Positions 61,561 to 64,000 of a stretch of DNA of 64,000 bases are shown piece by piece. Within the stretch, counting starts at the first letter, position 1. Each line of letters begins with the position of its first letter. The position numbers and the translations under genes were made by a program. The notes beneath the pieces are model-generated. The model saw only the letters and a program-made list of their open reading frames with translations, made no database searches and was not told the DNA's origin. Source of the DNA: Mobula hypostoma (taxonomy: Eukaryota); the NCBI RefSeq assembly GCF_963921235.1, contig NC_086097.1:16926001-16990000 (forward strand). Direction: 5' to 3'.

Positions 61561-62076
61561 TGACTCTCACCATCCTCTGAGTGAAGAAGTTCCCCCTCAT
61601 TTTCCCCTTAAACAGTTCATCTTTTACTCTTAACTCATGACCTCTAATTCTAGAGTCATCCATCACCAGTGGAAAATGCCTGCTTGCATTTACCCTATCT
61701 ATCTATCATCATCATCATCAGGTGCCATGCCCAGTCTGAGCTTTGACTGCCATGGCCCACACACTCCTGTTTCGGGCCAAGTGGATCAATTCATTGGTAT
61801 TCATTTCCAGTTCTCTGGCTGCTGTCTCCAGCATCATTTGTCTTTGCCTTCCTTTTCTTTCTTCCCTTCAATCTTTCCCATAATTACCATGCATTCTAAC
61901 TCCTCTTTCCTAATCACATGTCCAATGAAGTTACGTTGCCTTTTCATTATTTCTCTTTTTGTGTTTCCTCTGTTCATGACATCCTCATTAGATAGTCGTT
62001 TCGTCCATGATATTCTTTGCATCCTCCTCAAAAACCACATCTCTGCTGTTTCAACCCTCTCTATACCCCTCATGAA
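61560..62076 (-). mobile_element. Short CR1 fragment split by RTE
   Basis: SRIRGHELRVKDELFKGKMRGNFFTQRMVRV; resumes at 62054-62076. Confidence 0.7.
61703..62053 (-). mobile_element. RTE LINE 3' end (same family as 1495-2083)
   Basis: EMWFLRRMQRISWTKRLSNEDV and a (TCA)n tail. Flanked by ACCCTATCTAT / ACCCTCTCTAT (11-bp TSD, 1 mismatch). Confidence 0.92.
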
Positions 62077-62104
62077 AAGGTAACTAGTAAGGTAATATGT
62101 TGTA

Positions 62105-64000
62105 AGATAGATAGATAGATACTTTATTGATTCTAAAAGGGATTACAGTGTCACAGCAGCATTACAAGTGCACAGATATACATATATACAAATATGAGCA
62201 AAGAAGTATGAAAAAATAAAAAATAAGTTACCTCAAACATGCTATCAGGGGCGGGGTCATCACTTCCCCGTCTACAGGTTGACTCATTATAGACCCTAGT
62301 GGCTGAGGGTAAGAATGACCTCATATAGTGCTTTGGAGCAGCACAGCTGTCTTAGCCTATTACTAGACGTGCTCTTCTGTTTAGCCAAGGAAGCATGCAG
62401 AGGGCGAGCAACATTTTCCAGAATTGCCAGGTTTTCCTGTAGGGTTCTTTGTTCTACCACAGCCTCCAGTGGGTCCGGTTTGACTCTTATAACAGAGCCA
62501 GCCTTTCTAATCAGTTTATTGAGCCTCTTGACATCACCCATGTTGATGCCATTGCCCCAGCACACCACCATATAGAAGATTGTACCGGTAACAACAAACT
62601 CCTAGAACATGTGAAGGAGAGGCCTGCATACTCCAAAGGACCTCAGTCTCCTCAGGAGGTAGAGGTGATTCTGGCCCTTCTTGTACACAGTCTCTGTGTT
62701 GGTGCTCCACTCAAGTATGTTATCCAGGTGCATCCCCAGGTACTTGTAGGTCCTCACCACGTCCACGACCTCATCACATCCACGACCTCTCCACAATTGT
62801 AACAGACGTTGACCCAGTGTTCTATCTAAAGCCCGAGGTATACAGGATAAACAGGAAGAGAGCCAATATAGTCCACTATGGGGCCCCAGTGCTGCTTATA
62901 GCCATGTCTGACACACAGCTCTGAAGCTGCATAAACTGTGGTCTGCCAGTCAGGTAGTCCATTATCCAGGATACAATGGAAATGCCAACCTGCTTTGGGG
63001 AGGGGCTTTTCCCCCAGCAATAAGGGCTTTATGGTATTGAAAAAAACATGATTCTCACAGTGCTGCCCTGTTTAAAAAGTCCATGGTTAGGGTGAGATGC
63101 ATCCTTGGTAATGCTTTTTGCCCTGCCCCGGCAACGTTTATGGTAGATGTTCTCAATGGTGGGCAATTGTTGCTGATAATCCCCTGGGCAGTTTTCACCA
63201 CACGCTAGAGTGCTTTGTGGTCCGATATGGGACAATTGCCATACCAGATGCAGTTGGTGAGTATGCTGTCTATGGCACAGTGGTAAAAGTCCGTCAGTAT
63301 CCTGGGACACAGGTGAGCTTTCTCGATGCTCCGCAGGATATAAAGACACTGTTGTGCCTTTTTGATCGAGATGGCGTAGTTCAGCGACCAGGTGAGATCC
63401 TCGGAAATGTGGACACCAAGGAATTTGAAGCTTGATGCACGCTCCATTACAACTCCTAGCATGCCTGAGGTCCACAATGATCTCCTTGGTCTTCTGGGTG
63501 TTAAGGTCCAGGTTGTTGTCGGCACACCATGTGGCTAGGTGCTGGACCCCGTCCCTGTACGCCATCTCATCATCCCCTCTGATCAGGCCAACCACCGTGG
63601 TGTCGTCTGCGAACTTGATTATGGAGTTAGAACCATGTACGGGAACACAGTCATAGGTGAAAAGGGAGTACAGAAGAGGGCTCAACACTCAGCCTGGAGG
63701 CACGCTGGTGTTCAGGGTGAGAGTGGAGGTTGTCTAACTTAACTGATTATCCAAATGGGAGTAGGCTCTGTTCGACAGGTAGATGACAGCATCATTGACT
63801 CCAGTGTGCTCCTGGTAAGCAAGCTGCAGGGGATTGAGGGCTGATCTAACTGGTGATCGGAGGTGAGTCAGGACCAGTCCTCTAGGACCTTCATGATGCA
63901 CGAGGTCAGGGCCACTGGACGGTAGTCATTCAGGACTTCTGGTTGGCCCTTCTTGGGTACTGGGACCTCATTATGATGTTTTCCACACAGTCGGGATCCT
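62105..64000 (-). mobile_element. Rex/Babar LINE RT fragment (62105-63025 and 63740-64000)
   Basis: VVCWGNG…KRLNKLIRKAGS, YKYLGMHLDNILEWS, and NDYRPVALTSCIMK near 63890-63932. (AGAT)n tail. Confidence 0.85.
63075..63735 (-). mobile_element. Second Rex/Babar RT fragment embedded in the previous one
   Basis: LSPLLYSLFTYDC…IIKFADDTTVVGLI…LNTQKTKEIIVD and FKFLGVHISEDLTWS. Confidence 0.85.

Noticed and set aside
61178..61666. CR1-integrase fusion protein
   Set aside because: Chance read-through across the junction of a CR1 fragment and a frameshifted Gypsy integrase.

Overview
Eukaryotic, repeat-dominated, largely non-coding 64 kb window. The mix of repeats (CR1, L2, RTE and Rex/Babar LINEs, Penelope-like elements, tRNA-derived SINEs, Gypsy LTR elements with PNMA-like gag, hAT and Tc1/mariner MITEs) resembles a cartilaginous fish (ray or shark) intron or intergenic region; this taxon is my inference, not a search result. 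I recognise no host protein-coding gene. Almost every ORF in the track is a decayed transposon fragment, its antisense shadow, or a tandem-repeat artefact. Main structures: (1) a two-LTR Gypsy element (12408-19666, minus strand, TAAG target-site duplication) with an L2 nested in its 3' LTR; (2) a ~1.8 kb 26/24-bp minisatellite that appears to be amplified from, and fused to, the RT coding sequence of a 5'-truncated Penelope element (23098-26260); (3) a three-level nest, Gypsy > CR1 > young near-intact CR1 (39906-49460); (4) a third, partial Gypsy (59581-61560); (5) dispersed Penelope termini carrying decayed minimal hammerhead ribozyme cores; (6) a candidate CCAAT/octamer/CRE promoter beside a 0.7 kb polypyrimidine tract, with a candidate exon downstream. 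I found no convincing wholly new biological system. Boundaries of old fragments are approximate and were read by eye.
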